DNA of 64,000 nucleotides from Candidatus Magasanikbacteria bacterium RIFOXYC2_FULL_42_28 (GCA_001784435.1 MFQZ01000001.1:82340-146339), one strand, 5' to 3'; positions 49,385 to 58,821 are shown, counted from the stretch's first letter. Notes: generated by a model from the sequence alone, not told the origin. Numbers and translations: made by a program.

Positions 49385-51499
49385 TTATTTTTTCTTAATA
49401 ACCGGCGCTTTGGCCTGCTGTTGGGCCATAATAATTTGGGCGACTACCTGGTTGCCTTGTTCGTCCCAAATAATTTGATTTTCGTTGGCGCGATTAATTA
49501 CTGCCAGCGCTTGTTCCGGTTGGTTATTCATTTGATAAATTAACGCCAGACGCCAATAGCCTTCAGCAATTTTAGAATTGTCAGTGATACTTTGCTCTAA
49601 CATCGCTATTGACTCCGCGCTTTTGCCCAGCATACTTCCCAAGCCGGATAAGGAATAAATAATTTGCTGTCGTTTAGGTGAATGGCGCAAGGCATCTTTC
49701 AAAAATCCTTCCGCTTCCAGATAATAATTATTATCCTTGGTAATATCCGCGCCGATTTGCGCCAATTGCGAGAGTGAAATTTGGTTGCGGATATCTAATG
49801 GGTGAAGCGTCAAATTCTTTTTTAATTCCGAATAAACAATTTCCCAAATTTCTTTACTCGCGTCCGCGCCAATTTTATCGCGCGAAGAATAAAGCAGTTG
49901 CGCGGCACTGCGACCAATATCAGCGCGAATGTCGTCAATGTGAGGTGAGGAAAAAGCTAAAACCTTTTTCATTTCTATAATCGCCAAAACTGGATTTTGC
50001 TGGAGTAAACGCAAAACATTTAACGTGCTGGTGTTGGCACGGGCGGGTTGGATGTTAAAAAGAAAAATAACAATTAGACAAGCGACAGCAACAGTACCGA
50101 CGATGCCAGTGCCGATTTGACGATTGATTGACGTTGAAGGAATGATTAGATTTTTTTTATTATGTACGTCAATGCTATTGGCAACTTTAAGGGATCCTTC
50201 GCTGCGCTCAGGATGACAATGGGCGGACATACTATTAATAAGCGCCAGCCAAAACATAAAATATAAATAGGAAGTGGGATTTTCAAATACGGTAACATTA
50301 CCCACCAAATGCGCGACTAAAAAGGCCATGCCAACTACAACAATATGCGGCTCCAACCCCGACCGCTTCCAAGCGTAAAATAAACCGGCAATGCCAACCG
50401 CAAAAATGGCCAGATAAGTAATAATGCCAAATGCCCCCTGCACCGCCAAGGTATTGACAATGATATTATGCGCGTTATCAAACCAGGTCTCGCCATAACC
50501 GAAATCCAGCGACCGGGCGCGATAATGCGCGTTAAACGCGTAAAAATAATTATTCGGTCCCCAACCAAAAAATGGCTTCTCTTGCCACGATTCCACCGCG
50601 ATTTCCCAAGCAATCCAGCGCGGGCTATTTTTCAAATCGGTAAATGAGGTGTTAACAGTGCGGCCAACCGCCGGGATATTTTTGACAAAATCAGTAGAAC
50701 GAAACCCGACTAACAAAGCAACAACCAAACAACCAAACACCGCTAGACCTGATAAAATATAACGCGCTTTTTTGTTTTCTTTTAAAACGATAATATAACC
50801 AATAATCGCCGTGCCAATACCGGCCAACAACCCGAGCATGGAACCGCGCGTACCACTATAAAATAACCCGAGCGCGGCCAAAACCCCAGCGACTGCTATG
50901 GCAATTTTGCCAATGGTGTTTTTTTCTTTCACGTACAAAAGATAACTGACAAAACATAAAAATAGGCCGTAACCACCGACATAAATAGAATTACCCAAAC
51001 TACTATTCACGCGTTCCGATCCTTGATTTAACAACAAATTCGGGTCTGCTATTTTTTGAAAAATACCAATCAACATTACCAACGAACCCGCACTCAAAAA
51101 CCCAACTAACGCCCACTTCCAATCGGTCCAATTTTTAAACACCGCCGTAGCGATAAAATAATAAGCAACGTAATGAAAAATTGTGAATAATCCTAACATG
51201 CGTTCGTGGTTGTCCCAAAAACTATGATACGGGTCCGGACCGACAAAAGTAGAGATGGTAAAACTTAATAAAAAAGCCGCCATTACTAAATTTAAGGCGG
51301 TGAATTTGGGTTTGTATTCTTGCCAATTAATGATAAGTAAAAGCGCGTAAGCGCCCAACATCAAAGTTACCAAGGACCGAAAAAATAAGATTTTTGGCAC
51401 GATAAACGGGAAAATAAAAGATGACGGTATCACCACGAGCGGAGTTAAAAAAGTGGCGTAAATTAAAATTTTTACGGCGATTTCAAGGTTGCGTTTCAT
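49385..51499 (-). CDS. Wzy_C-family membrane protein (O-antigen ligase / O-oligosaccharyltransferase-like) with C-terminal TPR-repeat domain
   Basis: About 10-12 TM helices. Wzy_C-like YSGTRGSMLGLLAGIG loop. The C-terminal ~200 aa are TPR-like (...AEGYWRLALIYQMNNQPEQALAVINRA...). Contains an in-frame hairpin element (copy A). Confidence 0.55.
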   Translation of the reverse strand: MKRNLEIAVKILIYATFLTPLVVIPSSFIFPFIVPKILFFRSLVTLMLGAYALLLIINWQEYKPKFTALNLVMAAFLLSFTISTFVGPDPYHSFWDNHERMLGLFTIFHYVAYYFIATAVFKNWTDWKWALVGFLSAGSLVMLIGIFQKIADPNLLLNQGSERVNSSLGNSIYVGGYGLFLCFVSYLLYVKEKNTIGKIAIAVAGVLAALGLFYSGTRGSMLGLLAGIGTAIIGYIIVLKENKKARYILSGLAVFGCLVVALLVGFRSTDFVKNIPAVGRTVNTSFTDLKNSPRWIAWEIAVESWQEKPFFGWGPNNYFYAFNAHYRARSLDFGYGETWFDNAHNIIVNTLAVQGAFGIITYLAIFAVGIAGLFYAWKRSGLEPHIVVVGMAFLVAHLVGNVTVFENPTSYLYFMFWLALINSMSAHCHPERSEGSLKVANSIDVHNKKNLIIPSTSINRQIGTGIVGTVAVACLIVIFLFNIQPARANTSTLNVLRLLQQNPVLAIIEMKKVLAFSSPHIDDIRADIGRSAAQLLYSSRDKIGADASKEIWEIVYSELKKNLTLHPLDIRNQISLSQLAQIGADITKDNNYYLEAEGFLKDALRHSPKRQQIIYSLSGLGSMLGKSAESIAMLEQSITDNSKIAEGYWRLALIYQMNNQPEQALAVINRANENQIIWDEQGNQVVAQIIMAQQQAKAPVIKKK
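50188..50224. repeat. hairpin element copy A (TTAAGGG-ATCCT-loop-AGGAT-GACAATGG), in-frame inside the ligase-like gene (encodes CHPERSEGSL)
   Basis: Read from the sequence. See the finding on the hairpin family. Confidence 0.6.
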
Positions 51500-51513
51500 A
51501 ATAAAATATAAAT

Positions 51514-51538
51514 AAATAGCACTGGTTAAGTGCTATTT
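51514..51538 (-). other. perfect 9-bp-stem hairpin AAATAGCAC-(7)-GTGCTATTT followed on the minus strand by a T-rich tract running into the ligase start codon
   Basis: Read from the sequence. Possible terminator/attenuator between the PLC-like gene and the ligase-like gene. Confidence 0.4.
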
Positions 51539-51564
51539 ATTATACTAAAATTTGATAGAAAGGT

Positions 51565-51633
51565 CAACCGGCTAACCCTCAACCGGCTAACCCTCAACCG
51601 GCTAACCCTCAACCGGCTAACCCTCAACCGGCG
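51565..51633. repeat. tandem repeat, 15-bp unit CAACCGGCTAACCCT x 4.6
   Basis: Four perfect copies at 51565-51624 plus a partial copy. Overlaps the last codons/stop of the 1206-aa gene and the region upstream of the ligase-like gene. Confidence 0.9.
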
Positions 51634-54600
51634 CCCACTCCATCGGACTCACCTGCTTATTAACATTCACATAATTTTCCGCGCTCGTATTTTCAAGATG
51701 ATACGGATACCAGGGATTAATACCAGTCGCGCGCAAACCATAATCCAAATTTTGGAATAGAACATTGTCCAGCCACAACTCCCCGCTCAACATTTTGATG
51801 CCGGCAGTTTCAAAAGACGGTTTGGAATTGTGCCCCAAAATACTATCGGCTATTCTGACCTCGCCACTATTGATTTGAATGGCGTTACTCGGAGACCGAC
51901 TATCTAAAACCTGAACATTGTTTAAGGTTACATTGCTGTCACTCACGATAATAGTGCCATTGCCGGCCTGGTCTTCGGTCGTGCTTAAATTGCCTTCGGT
52001 CAAAAGGACATTATTCAAAGTCCCGCTCGCGCTCATAAATTTCAAATTACCCCAATTTTGGCCGGAAGAAATCGGTAAAAATTTAACCGGCGCTTCGGCT
52101 GTGCCATTCACAATTAATTCGCCATAAACTGTAATATCGGCATATTTTGCCAAACGCACCTCTACGCCGGCCTCAATCGTCAAAACCGCGCCGTCATCTA
52201 TTGTCAAAGAATTTAAATTAAATTGCGCGCCCGTTGACCAAGTGATGGCGGTGGTAATGTGCGGTGCGTTCACATACACCGCATCCGTGGCATTATTTTC
52301 AAATGTCACACCGGTAATGACCAGCCAAATATCGTTGGCCTCAATCGGACCATTGGCTGAAGAAAATTCGCTAATTTTCCCACCCGATACGGCCAAACTG
52401 CCATCATCAGCATCTATCGCCAAAACACCGGAAGAAAAATCGCTGTTTGATATGTCCAAATTCGCGTTATCGCCATAAATAGTGGTGTCGCCATTTAAAG
52501 AAAAAGTGGAACTGCTAATTGTTAAATCAATATCTTGCACCCAAATTGCTTTGCTTACTTTTGGATCCCACATTCCACTCCCCGGTTCTTTAAATTCATA
52601 ACCGGCATAGCGCATGTCTAAACCGTTGATATTACTAATCGAGCCGGGATAAAACATTATCCCCTGCCAATCCTTGGCCAGTGGCAAACCGGCATCGTAA
52701 TCACCAATTAATTCGTTTAAAATATCACTTTCAAAGCTTTGGTCGCGACCCGATGTGAGCACGGCCGGAGTGTTAGTCGCGTTGACAATAAACTCACCGT
52801 AAATTTTAAAGTTAGAGACAAAATCATTGCTTTTGATAACCGCGCCGGAATCAATAATCAATTTTTTGCCGGCCTTAACAGTATAACCACTTAACAAATA
52901 TGGACTGTTGGAGGCGGTCAAAATTACTTCATCCTCATCTTGATTGCCAAATAAAGCCAACCCGCGACTATTGTCGGATTTAGGTGAGCCGTAAATTTTG
53001 CCACCGTTAGCAGTGCGTGGCAAATAACGCGGACCTTGATTATTTTGCCAATTGTTAGGGTCGCTGGAAGACGCATATTCGCTTAATCGTTCCAGCGAAC
53101 GATACTCATCACCGCCACCGGCAAACCAACCGGCCGACGCGTCCACACTATCCACTACTTCGCCACTCGGGGCGACTAATTCCACCAGAGCGCCGGCATT
53201 GTTTAATCCACCAAAAAGCGAAAAGACGGCGTCGGCTGCGACAGCTTTAACAGTGTCATCGTTCGTGCGTTCCAATAAATAATAGCCACGCGCCGGAATA
53301 GTGAGGTTTTTAGTTTTGGAACTGATGATACTAAAATTCACTCCGTTTGAACGTAACAGCCAACGGTCAGTGCCGGTCCAAGCAAAAGTTACCGGCTCAT
53401 CGGTGGTGTTATATAATTCCAGCCATTCATTGTTGGCATGGCCGGAATCAGTGCCGGCCCAAGCGATTTCGTTGATAATAATGTCGGCGACCGGGACGGG
53501 TGGGGGTGGCGATTCAGGAGTAGAAGTGATAGTAGTACCACTATCGGTAGTGGTGGAAACACTAGGGGTAGTGGTTGTGGTGTCGGGGGTGGTGGTGGGG
53601 GTGTCTGGTGTGGATGTAGATGTTTCGGGTGTGGAGGTGGTGGTATCGGGGGTGGTGGTAGAAATATCAGGAGTAGAGGTGGTATCGTTAAGGGATCCCT
53701 CGACTTCGCTCGGGATGACAGTGGTGGTGGTGCTGGTGTCTGGGGTTGAAGAGGTTGTTTCGGGGGTGGTCGTGAAATTATCGTTAAGGGATTCCTCCAC
53801 TTCGCTCCCTCCGGTCGCTTCGGTCGGAATGACAGCCGACGGTGGCGATGAACCGCCACCGCCTCCTCCGCCATAATATATAGTAGGCGGTGGATTATTG
53901 ACAATCGGAGTAATTGGCACAACCGGGCTTACAGGCACTGTCGCGGGCGCCACAATAGGTTCTACAACCGGGTTAGGAGCAGATGGCTGGGTAGGTAGCG
54001 AAGTCGGTTGCGGAGCAACTTGGGGTTTGCTTACCGGGCTTGGGGCTGGTGGCAACGGCTGGCTTTCCCCCTCCTGCCCGAGGAGGGGGCGAGGGGGCGG
54101 TGGGAGCGACACAATACCGGGCGAAGATAATTCACCCAACGCTTCCGCCCCGACCGATTCGCCACCGGTGCCTTTAATTTTATCCCAAATATCTTTAGCT
54201 TTGTTAACCAGTCCGGCCACGACCGTGTCCCACATCCCTTTGGGGTTGATATAAATTAAAGGAACTTTGTCATGCACTTCTTCGGATTCGGCCTGTTCAA
54301 TAAATAATCGGATCACGCCGGCGGTGTAGCCGACGGCTTTAGGTAATAGGTTTTGGGAGTAGGAGGTGAGGACGGTGTCATCATCTACTAGACATACAAA
54401 ATCATCAAATTTATTTTTTAACACATCTTGCCAAGTATTTATACGGGGATCACGACACACCAAACTATTAGATAAATTTTTATTGACTTTAAATTTATAA
54501 TATCCCTTGCCAATCGTCTGATATTGATCAAACAAATCTGCCACCGAAGGATATTTATAACTATCTATATCAATCGTATCATCACTATAAAAATTCCCAT

Positions 54601-55237
54601 TAGAAAATTTGGCTACACTGTCAAATGCGCCATCTAACGAATCCACTTTTTGAAATTGTGATAATTTTTTAATTTCCGGCACTAATTTTTCCCAATTATT
54701 TTTTACAAACTGTTCGTAAGAATCCCCGGTTGGGTGCGGGTCATCGCGCGTATGCGCCGGCACGCTCGCGTCCGCAATTAAGTGCAGGGTATGGCCAAGA
54801 GTAATAAAGGCGTCTTTGGCATTGGCTTTATAATAATATAAAAACGCTTTTTGCCAGGAATTATCACCCATTGAAAAATTTTGCTGGTTAAACGGGTCTT
54901 GCGCCCATTTTTTAGAAGATTGATAGCGGAAATTGTTAAATAGTAATCCGCGGTCATTGACCGGATCATAAAAATGATTAAGCCAGCGCGTGGGGGTGTC
55001 TTCTTCAATCGCTCCCTGTTTCATCCAGCCAATTTGTTCAGCGGTTAAATCCGGATTAAATTTAGCGTTATACACTTGCGCCGCTAATTCCACGATATTG
55101 GGATGAGCGATATTTTGGTCATAGCCCAAAGCTTGTTCAGCGCCAAACCAGCGGTCCGCGCCAAAAATACCAAATAAAAACAAAAAAATAGCGACAATAG
55201 TCGCGTATAACGCTACTTTTCCCCTCCTTGATAACAT
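51617..55237 (-). CDS. large secreted multidomain protein: zinc-dependent phospholipase C-like N-domain + Pro/Thr/Ser-rich linker + lamin-tail domain (LTD) + C-terminal beta-helix-like region
   Basis: N-terminal signal/anchor. HFYDPVNDRG and AFITLGHTLHLIADASVPAHTRD match B. cereus PLC HFYDPDNGKT and AFFYLGLSLHYLGDVNQPMHAAN. Linker TTPDTTTSTPETSTSTPDTPTTTPD. LTD motif IIINEIAWAGTD...NEWLELYNTTDEPV. The C-terminal ~550 aa are rich in N/G/S/T beta-helix-type repeats. Confidence 0.55.
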   Translation of the reverse strand: MLSRRGKVALYATIVAIFLFLFGIFGADRWFGAEQALGYDQNIAHPNIVELAAQVYNAKFNPDLTAEQIGWMKQGAIEEDTPTRWLNHFYDPVNDRGLLFNNFRYQSSKKWAQDPFNQQNFSMGDNSWQKAFLYYYKANAKDAFITLGHTLHLIADASVPAHTRDDPHPTGDSYEQFVKNNWEKLVPEIKKLSQFQKVDSLDGAFDSVAKFSNGNFYSDDTIDIDSYKYPSVADLFDQYQTIGKGYYKFKVNKNLSNSLVCRDPRINTWQDVLKNKFDDFVCLVDDDTVLTSYSQNLLPKAVGYTAGVIRLFIEQAESEEVHDKVPLIYINPKGMWDTVVAGLVNKAKDIWDKIKGTGGESVGAEALGELSSPGIVSLPPPPRPLLGQEGESQPLPPAPSPVSKPQVAPQPTSLPTQPSAPNPVVEPIVAPATVPVSPVVPITPIVNNPPPTIYYGGGGGGGSSPPSAVIPTEATGGSEVEESLNDNFTTTPETTSSTPDTSTTTTVIPSEVEGSLNDTTSTPDISTTTPDTTTSTPETSTSTPDTPTTTPDTTTTTPSVSTTTDSGTTITSTPESPPPPVPVADIIINEIAWAGTDSGHANNEWLELYNTTDEPVTFAWTGTDRWLLRSNGVNFSIISSKTKNLTIPARGYYLLERTNDDTVKAVAADAVFSLFGGLNNAGALVELVAPSGEVVDSVDASAGWFAGGGDEYRSLERLSEYASSSDPNNWQNNQGPRYLPRTANGGKIYGSPKSDNSRGLALFGNQDEDEVILTASNSPYLLSGYTVKAGKKLIIDSGAVIKSNDFVSNFKIYGEFIVNATNTPAVLTSGRDQSFESDILNELIGDYDAGLPLAKDWQGIMFYPGSISNINGLDMRYAGYEFKEPGSGMWDPKVSKAIWVQDIDLTISSSTFSLNGDTTIYGDNANLDISNSDFSSGVLAIDADDGSLAVSGGKISEFSSANGPIEANDIWLVITGVTFENNATDAVYVNAPHITTAITWSTGAQFNLNSLTIDDGAVLTIEAGVEVRLAKYADITVYGELIVNGTAEAPVKFLPISSGQNWGNLKFMSASGTLNNVLLTEGNLSTTEDQAGNGTIIVSDSNVTLNNVQVLDSRSPSNAIQINSGEVRIADSILGHNSKPSFETAGIKMLSGELWLDNVLFQNLDYGLRATGINPWYPYHLENTSAENYVNVNKQVSPMEWAPVEG
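53687..53727. repeat. hairpin element copy B (GTTAAGGG-ATCCC-loop-GGGAT-GACAGTGG), in-frame in the PT-rich linker (encodes VIPSEVEGSLND)
   Basis: Read from the sequence. Confidence 0.6.
53783..53842. repeat. hairpin element copy C (GTTAAGGG-ATTCC-long loop-GGAAT-GACAG), in-frame in the PT-rich linker (encodes VIPTEATGGSEVEESLND)
   Basis: Read from the sequence. Confidence 0.55.
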
Positions 55238-55257
55238 ATGCCCCTCCTTTTAAAAAT

Positions 55258-55773
55258 TTAAAGCGATTTAATTAACCAGATGCCTTCGGAATTTTTTTCA
55301 AAAGAAATAACACCGGCGACATTCTTACCATCTCTTTCTACAAAATAATCATACGATGCAAGTGTGTCACCAATAAAATTACCCTTAATCTCTCTATCCA
55401 AATCCCCCACCATCATCCCCATCTCCCCTTTAGCTTTCACTCGTTCCAAACCCGCTTTCATCTCCGCCCAGTCCCCTTTCGCAAAACAACATTCCACCGC
55501 GCCGTCCAGATCATTGGCTTTTAATTTTTCCACAAACATTTTATGCGTCTCCACCGGTGTGCGCGTCGTGGCTACATCCACATTTAAATATTGCGGATAT
55601 AATTTATTTAATTCTTCAATACTATAGTCCGAATACGGAAAAGTCGCCCGCGCCGTCCCCGCTTCCACCCGACGCTGTTTGCCCAAAAACCAAGCATAAA
55701 AACCAAAAATCAAAATTAGAATAAATAAAAAAAACGCTGTTGAAAACAACGCGAATTTAAGTGAACGAGACAT
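55258..55773 (-). CDS. hypothetical membrane-anchored protein
   Basis: 171 aa. N-terminal TM helix FALFSTAFFLFILILIFGFYAWFL. No recognised domain. Confidence 0.3.
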   Translation of the reverse strand: MSRSLKFALFSTAFFLFILILIFGFYAWFLGKQRRVEAGTARATFPYSDYSIEELNKLYPQYLNVDVATTRTPVETHKMFVEKLKANDLDGAVECCFAKGDWAEMKAGLERVKAKGEMGMMVGDLDREIKGNFIGDTLASYDYFVERDGKNVAGVISFEKNSEGIWLIKSL

Positions 55774-55874
55774 AGAAAATAAAAATATTTTTTAAAAAAT
55801 ATCCTGACTGGCAGGACACTTCAACCCCCTTACGATTATTATATCACAAAAAACTTTTACCGGCCATTTCTGCC

Positions 55875-55883
55875 TGTGGATAA
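55875..55883. promoter_or_regulatory. DnaA-box-like 9-mer TGTGGATAA in the intergenic region upstream of ORF 55258-55773
   Basis: Exact 9-mer, context CCTGTGGATAACT. A TATAAT sits ~31 bp downstream on the minus strand. Confidence 0.3.
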
Positions 55884-55885
55884 CT

Positions 55886-56296
55886 CTAAGCCAGTTGCGC
55901 GAATGGTTCCATTGAAACCAGCGACTTCAAGTCCTGATCGCTGATTAATTTTCGTTTGTGCAAAATTTCAGCCAAAGTTTTCACTTTGGTATCTTCTTTG
56001 CGCATCATCACTACTAAATCACCGCGCAAATCCGCTAATTTATCGTCAAGATAATCTTTGGTTACCATAAGCGACTCAACTCGAGTCAGTCGCTTCTCTA
56101 TTACGTCAAAGCGTTTGTCAACTCCGTCAAAACGCTTATCAACCCCATCGAAACGTTGATCCACTTTGGTGGCAAACAACTGCACCGCTTCCGCCAATTC
56201 ATTGACAGTCCCCAAAACTTCCTCGTTGCTTTTCTTTATGGATCCGACAACATTAATAAGATGATTTATTTTATCGTCTTGTTTATTTTTTGGCAT
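55886..56296 (-). CDS. hypothetical coiled-coil protein with three tandem heptad repeats (DKRFDGV)
   Basis: 136 aa. VDQRFDGVDKRFDGVDKRFDVIEKRL is encoded by three imperfect 21-bp tandem repeats at ~56108-56170. Confidence 0.3.
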   Translation of the reverse strand: MPKNKQDDKINHLINVVGSIKKSNEEVLGTVNELAEAVQLFATKVDQRFDGVDKRFDGVDKRFDVIEKRLTRVESLMVTKDYLDDKLADLRGDLVVMMRKEDTKVKTLAEILHKRKLISDQDLKSLVSMEPFAQLA

Positions 56297-56492
56297 ACGA
56301 TAAATTTAAAAAAATAAATTTTTAGGTAAATTAACTATATCATACGAACAGGCGGTGTGTCAATTTTTCCAAAATTAGTCCCGCAATTCCCCCTAAACAA
56401 AAACAACCGCGAGTTTTAATCGCGATTGTTTTGCCTCCTCCTCTTTCAATGCAACCATTATAGCACAAAAAATCATTGTCAACAATATAATC

Positions 56493-56501
56493 TGTGGATA
56501 A
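56493..56501. promoter_or_regulatory. DnaA-box-like 9-mer TGTGGATAA upstream of the putative promoter (TGTTGACA / TATAAT) of ORF 55886-56296
   Basis: Exact 9-mer, context TCTGTGGATAAGT. Confidence 0.3.
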
Positions 56502-56504
56502 GTT

Positions 56505-56540
56505 TACTAAAAACCCAAAGGACCACCGCAGTGGTCCTTT
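56505..56540 (-). terminator. rho-independent terminator: AAAGGACCAC-(cgca)-GTGGTCCTTT then GGGTTTTTAG on the minus strand
   Basis: Perfect 10-bp GC-rich stem immediately downstream of the stop of ORF 56563-58779, followed by a T-tract. Confidence 0.7.
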
Positions 56541-56562
56541 GTCTCGCAACTTTAATTTATTT

Positions 56563-58779
56563 TTAGAGCGCGTTCAAAGCGGAGCGGGTGCCTGGGCCAA
56601 CGAAGCCCGGGAACGGTTTCAAGTCGCGGTCTTTTTGGAATTTGACCACGGCGGCTTTGGTGGCCGGACCAAAGTTACCATTCGGGGTAACCGTGAAGTA
56701 TCCCAAGTCCTTTAATTTCTGTTGTAAGGCCTTGACCGCGGCGCTATTATTGCCAGGATACAAATTGGTACTAAATACATACCCGGTTGTAACCGACGCG
56801 GGCGCTACCGTCGCCGGAGCAGGAGTAGAAACAGGAGCAGAACCGCTACCTAAAGCAGATCTGGTAGCCGAATCCAACTTTCCGCTGGCCGTAAGGCCAT
56901 TGGCTTTCTGATAAGCGATTAAGGCATTTTTGGTAACATTGCCAAAGTAATTGGTAATGGTCGGATAAACAAAGTGACCGGAATCTTTTAATGCTTTTTG
57001 TAATTCACGGACTTCATTGCCGACTGAACCGACGCCCAAATTTTTGGTAAAGTTATATGATACTGATGCCGTCGGAGCGGGCGTGCTGGCCACGAAACCG
57101 CTGTTTAAAACCGCTCGGGTAGCCGAATCCAACTGTCCGCTAGTCGTAAGGCCATTGGCTTGTTGATAAGCGATTAGCGCGTTTTTGGTAACATTGCCAA
57201 AGTAGCCGGTAATGGTCGGGTAAGTGAAGTGGCCGGAATCTTTTAATGCTTTTTGTAATTCGCGGACTTCTGTGCCGACCGAACCGACAACTAAATTCTT
57301 GGTAAAGTTATAGGAAATGACCGGCACTACTGGGGTGGTTACAACAACTGACGGCGCCACAACTTCTGCTGGCGTGGTGGCAGGAACCGCAGGTGTAACA
57401 ACCGGAACCGGGGTTACAACTACTGGAGTGGGGACAACAACTATCGGAGTTACTGACGGACTCGGACTGCCTCCTCCGCCACTTCCTCCGCCACCACAAG
57501 CGGCGGTTGTGCCACTAACAGAAGAGGCCCAGTCGGTTTCCACACCGTCACCGTTGCGCCCCTTCGCTCTGAATGTATAAGCGGTGGCACAAGATAAGCC
57601 GGTGGATGAGAATGATGCCGTACTGACCCAACCAGAATTAGTGCCGGCAGTAGTATTTTCAGCGTAATCCGTAGTAGCCGGACTGGACCAAGTCGCGGTA
57701 AGATGATTGTTGTCGTTTACAGTAATAGCAAGAGTGGTCGGAACCGATGTTAAAGTATATGAATTTAAAGCCGCACTGTAAGCCGCGGTGGACACACCAT
57801 CAGCGTTCCGTCCTAATACTTTAATGGTGTGAGCAGTGTTCGTGGCTAAACCAGTCGTGGTAGTGGCACTGCCACCGCCTAATTGAGCATAGGTAAGCCA
57901 AGCGGTTGAAGACGCGCCCCAGGTGCCACCAACTTGTAAGGCGACATCTTGAGCAGAGTCATATACCAAGTAGGTGGTAGCGGCGTTGTCAGCTCCAAGG
58001 GTAATAGTTAAGGTGGTAGCAGCGGTGGAAGTGACGGCGACGGGGGTGTTGGGGGTGGCGGCGAGGGTATATGAACTGGCCGATGAACTGTAGGCAGTAT
58101 TTATTCCCTGTCCGTTTCTGGCTAAAACCTTAATAGTATGAGCAGTATTAGTTGCCACACCGGTCGTGGTAGTAGCGGAACCGGCGCCAAGTTGGGAATA
58201 GGTCAACCAGCCGGTTGATGACGCACCCCAAGTACCGTCCGCCTGAATGGCCACATCCTGCACTGAATCGTAAACCAAAAAAGTAGTGCTAGCCGTGGTT
58301 GGGTTAGTGGCGGCATCTATTGTAACATTTAAAGTGGTCGCGCCCGTACTCGTTACTGTCGGCGTGCCAGGTGGCGTAGCCAAAGTAAAGCCGGCCACCA
58401 AAGTGGTGGTTGCCGGATCGCCGGTGCCACCGGTCGCAATCACTTGAAACCAATAAAGAGTATTGGTGGCCAAATCGGTAACAGCAAAAGAATCAGTTGT
58501 CGTGGCAATTGACGAACTAACTGTTGTTGGGTAGGTTGCACCATCAGTTGACTGCAATATAGTGTAAGTTGCTTCATCCCCGGCCAAAGCGCCGTTGGTC
58601 CAATGCAAAGTCATACCAACAGTGGTGGTGGTATCGGAGAAAAGAGCCGTTACCGGATCATTGGCCGCGGAAGCAGTTTGTATTCCTAAAAATAAAAAAG
58701 CGAAAGCGAATAATATCGCCACCGTAAAAACCGGCAAATTAAAAAGCCAATTTTGTTTCCATCCTTTTGAAAACAACAT
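56563..58779 (-). CDS. secreted surface protein: signal peptide + fibronectin-type-III-like repeats + Gly/Pro/Val-rich linker + three C-terminal peptidoglycan-binding (PG_binding_1) domains
   Basis: N-term MLFSKGWKQNWLFNLPVFTVAILFAFAFLFLGIQTASA. Repeated ~95-aa modules (…NTAHTIKVLARNGQGINTAYSS… / …NTAHTIKVLGRNADGVSTAAYS…). Three repeats of YNFTKNL.VGSVG.EVRELQKALKDSGHF.YPTITGYFGNVTKNALIAYQ.ANGLT.SG.LD typical of PG-binding domain 1. Confidence 0.6.
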   Translation of the reverse strand: MLFSKGWKQNWLFNLPVFTVAILFAFAFLFLGIQTASAANDPVTALFSDTTTTVGMTLHWTNGALAGDEATYTILQSTDGATYPTTVSSSIATTTDSFAVTDLATNTLYWFQVIATGGTGDPATTTLVAGFTLATPPGTPTVTSTGATTLNVTIDAATNPTTASTTFLVYDSVQDVAIQADGTWGASSTGWLTYSQLGAGSATTTTGVATNTAHTIKVLARNGQGINTAYSSSASSYTLAATPNTPVAVTSTAATTLTITLGADNAATTYLVYDSAQDVALQVGGTWGASSTAWLTYAQLGGGSATTTTGLATNTAHTIKVLGRNADGVSTAAYSAALNSYTLTSVPTTLAITVNDNNHLTATWSSPATTDYAENTTAGTNSGWVSTASFSSTGLSCATAYTFRAKGRNGDGVETDWASSVSGTTAACGGGGSGGGGSPSPSVTPIVVVPTPVVVTPVPVVTPAVPATTPAEVVAPSVVVTTPVVPVISYNFTKNLVVGSVGTEVRELQKALKDSGHFTYPTITGYFGNVTKNALIAYQQANGLTTSGQLDSATRAVLNSGFVASTPAPTASVSYNFTKNLGVGSVGNEVRELQKALKDSGHFVYPTITNYFGNVTKNALIAYQKANGLTASGKLDSATRSALGSGSAPVSTPAPATVAPASVTTGYVFSTNLYPGNNSAAVKALQQKLKDLGYFTVTPNGNFGPATKAAVVKFQKDRDLKPFPGFVGPGTRSALNAL

Positions 58780-58788
58780 AAATTTTAA

Positions 58789-58821
58789 ATTATCCGCCAG
58801 AGGCGGACCCGCCTTGGGCGG
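58789..58821 (-). other. two adjacent GC-rich stem-loops (CCGCC-tct-GGCGG and CCCGCC-caa-GGCGGG) in the 5' leader of the FN3/PG-binding protein gene
   Basis: Read from the sequence, in an otherwise AT-rich leader. No following T-tract, so not a simple terminator. Confidence 0.35.

Noticed and set aside
51530-51760. Plus-strand ORF encoding (LNRLT)n
   Set aside because: Produced by translating the 15-bp tandem repeat. It also overlaps the C-terminus of the well-supported minus-strand gene.
53301-54254. Four overlapping ORFs on both strands (53301-53876 +, 53389-53922 -, 53438-53749 +, 53898-54254 +) encoding Gly/Val- or Pro-rich peptides
   Set aside because: They lie entirely within the GC-rich, low-complexity DNA encoding the Pro/Thr/Ser linker of the 1206-aa minus-strand protein. 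Such repeats are open in several frames by composition alone.
56340-56715. Two small ORFs (56340-56549 -, 56494-56715 +) between the coiled-coil gene and the FN3 gene
   Set aside because: They span a terminator hairpin, a DnaA-like box and promoter elements. More parsimoniously this is an intergenic regulatory region.
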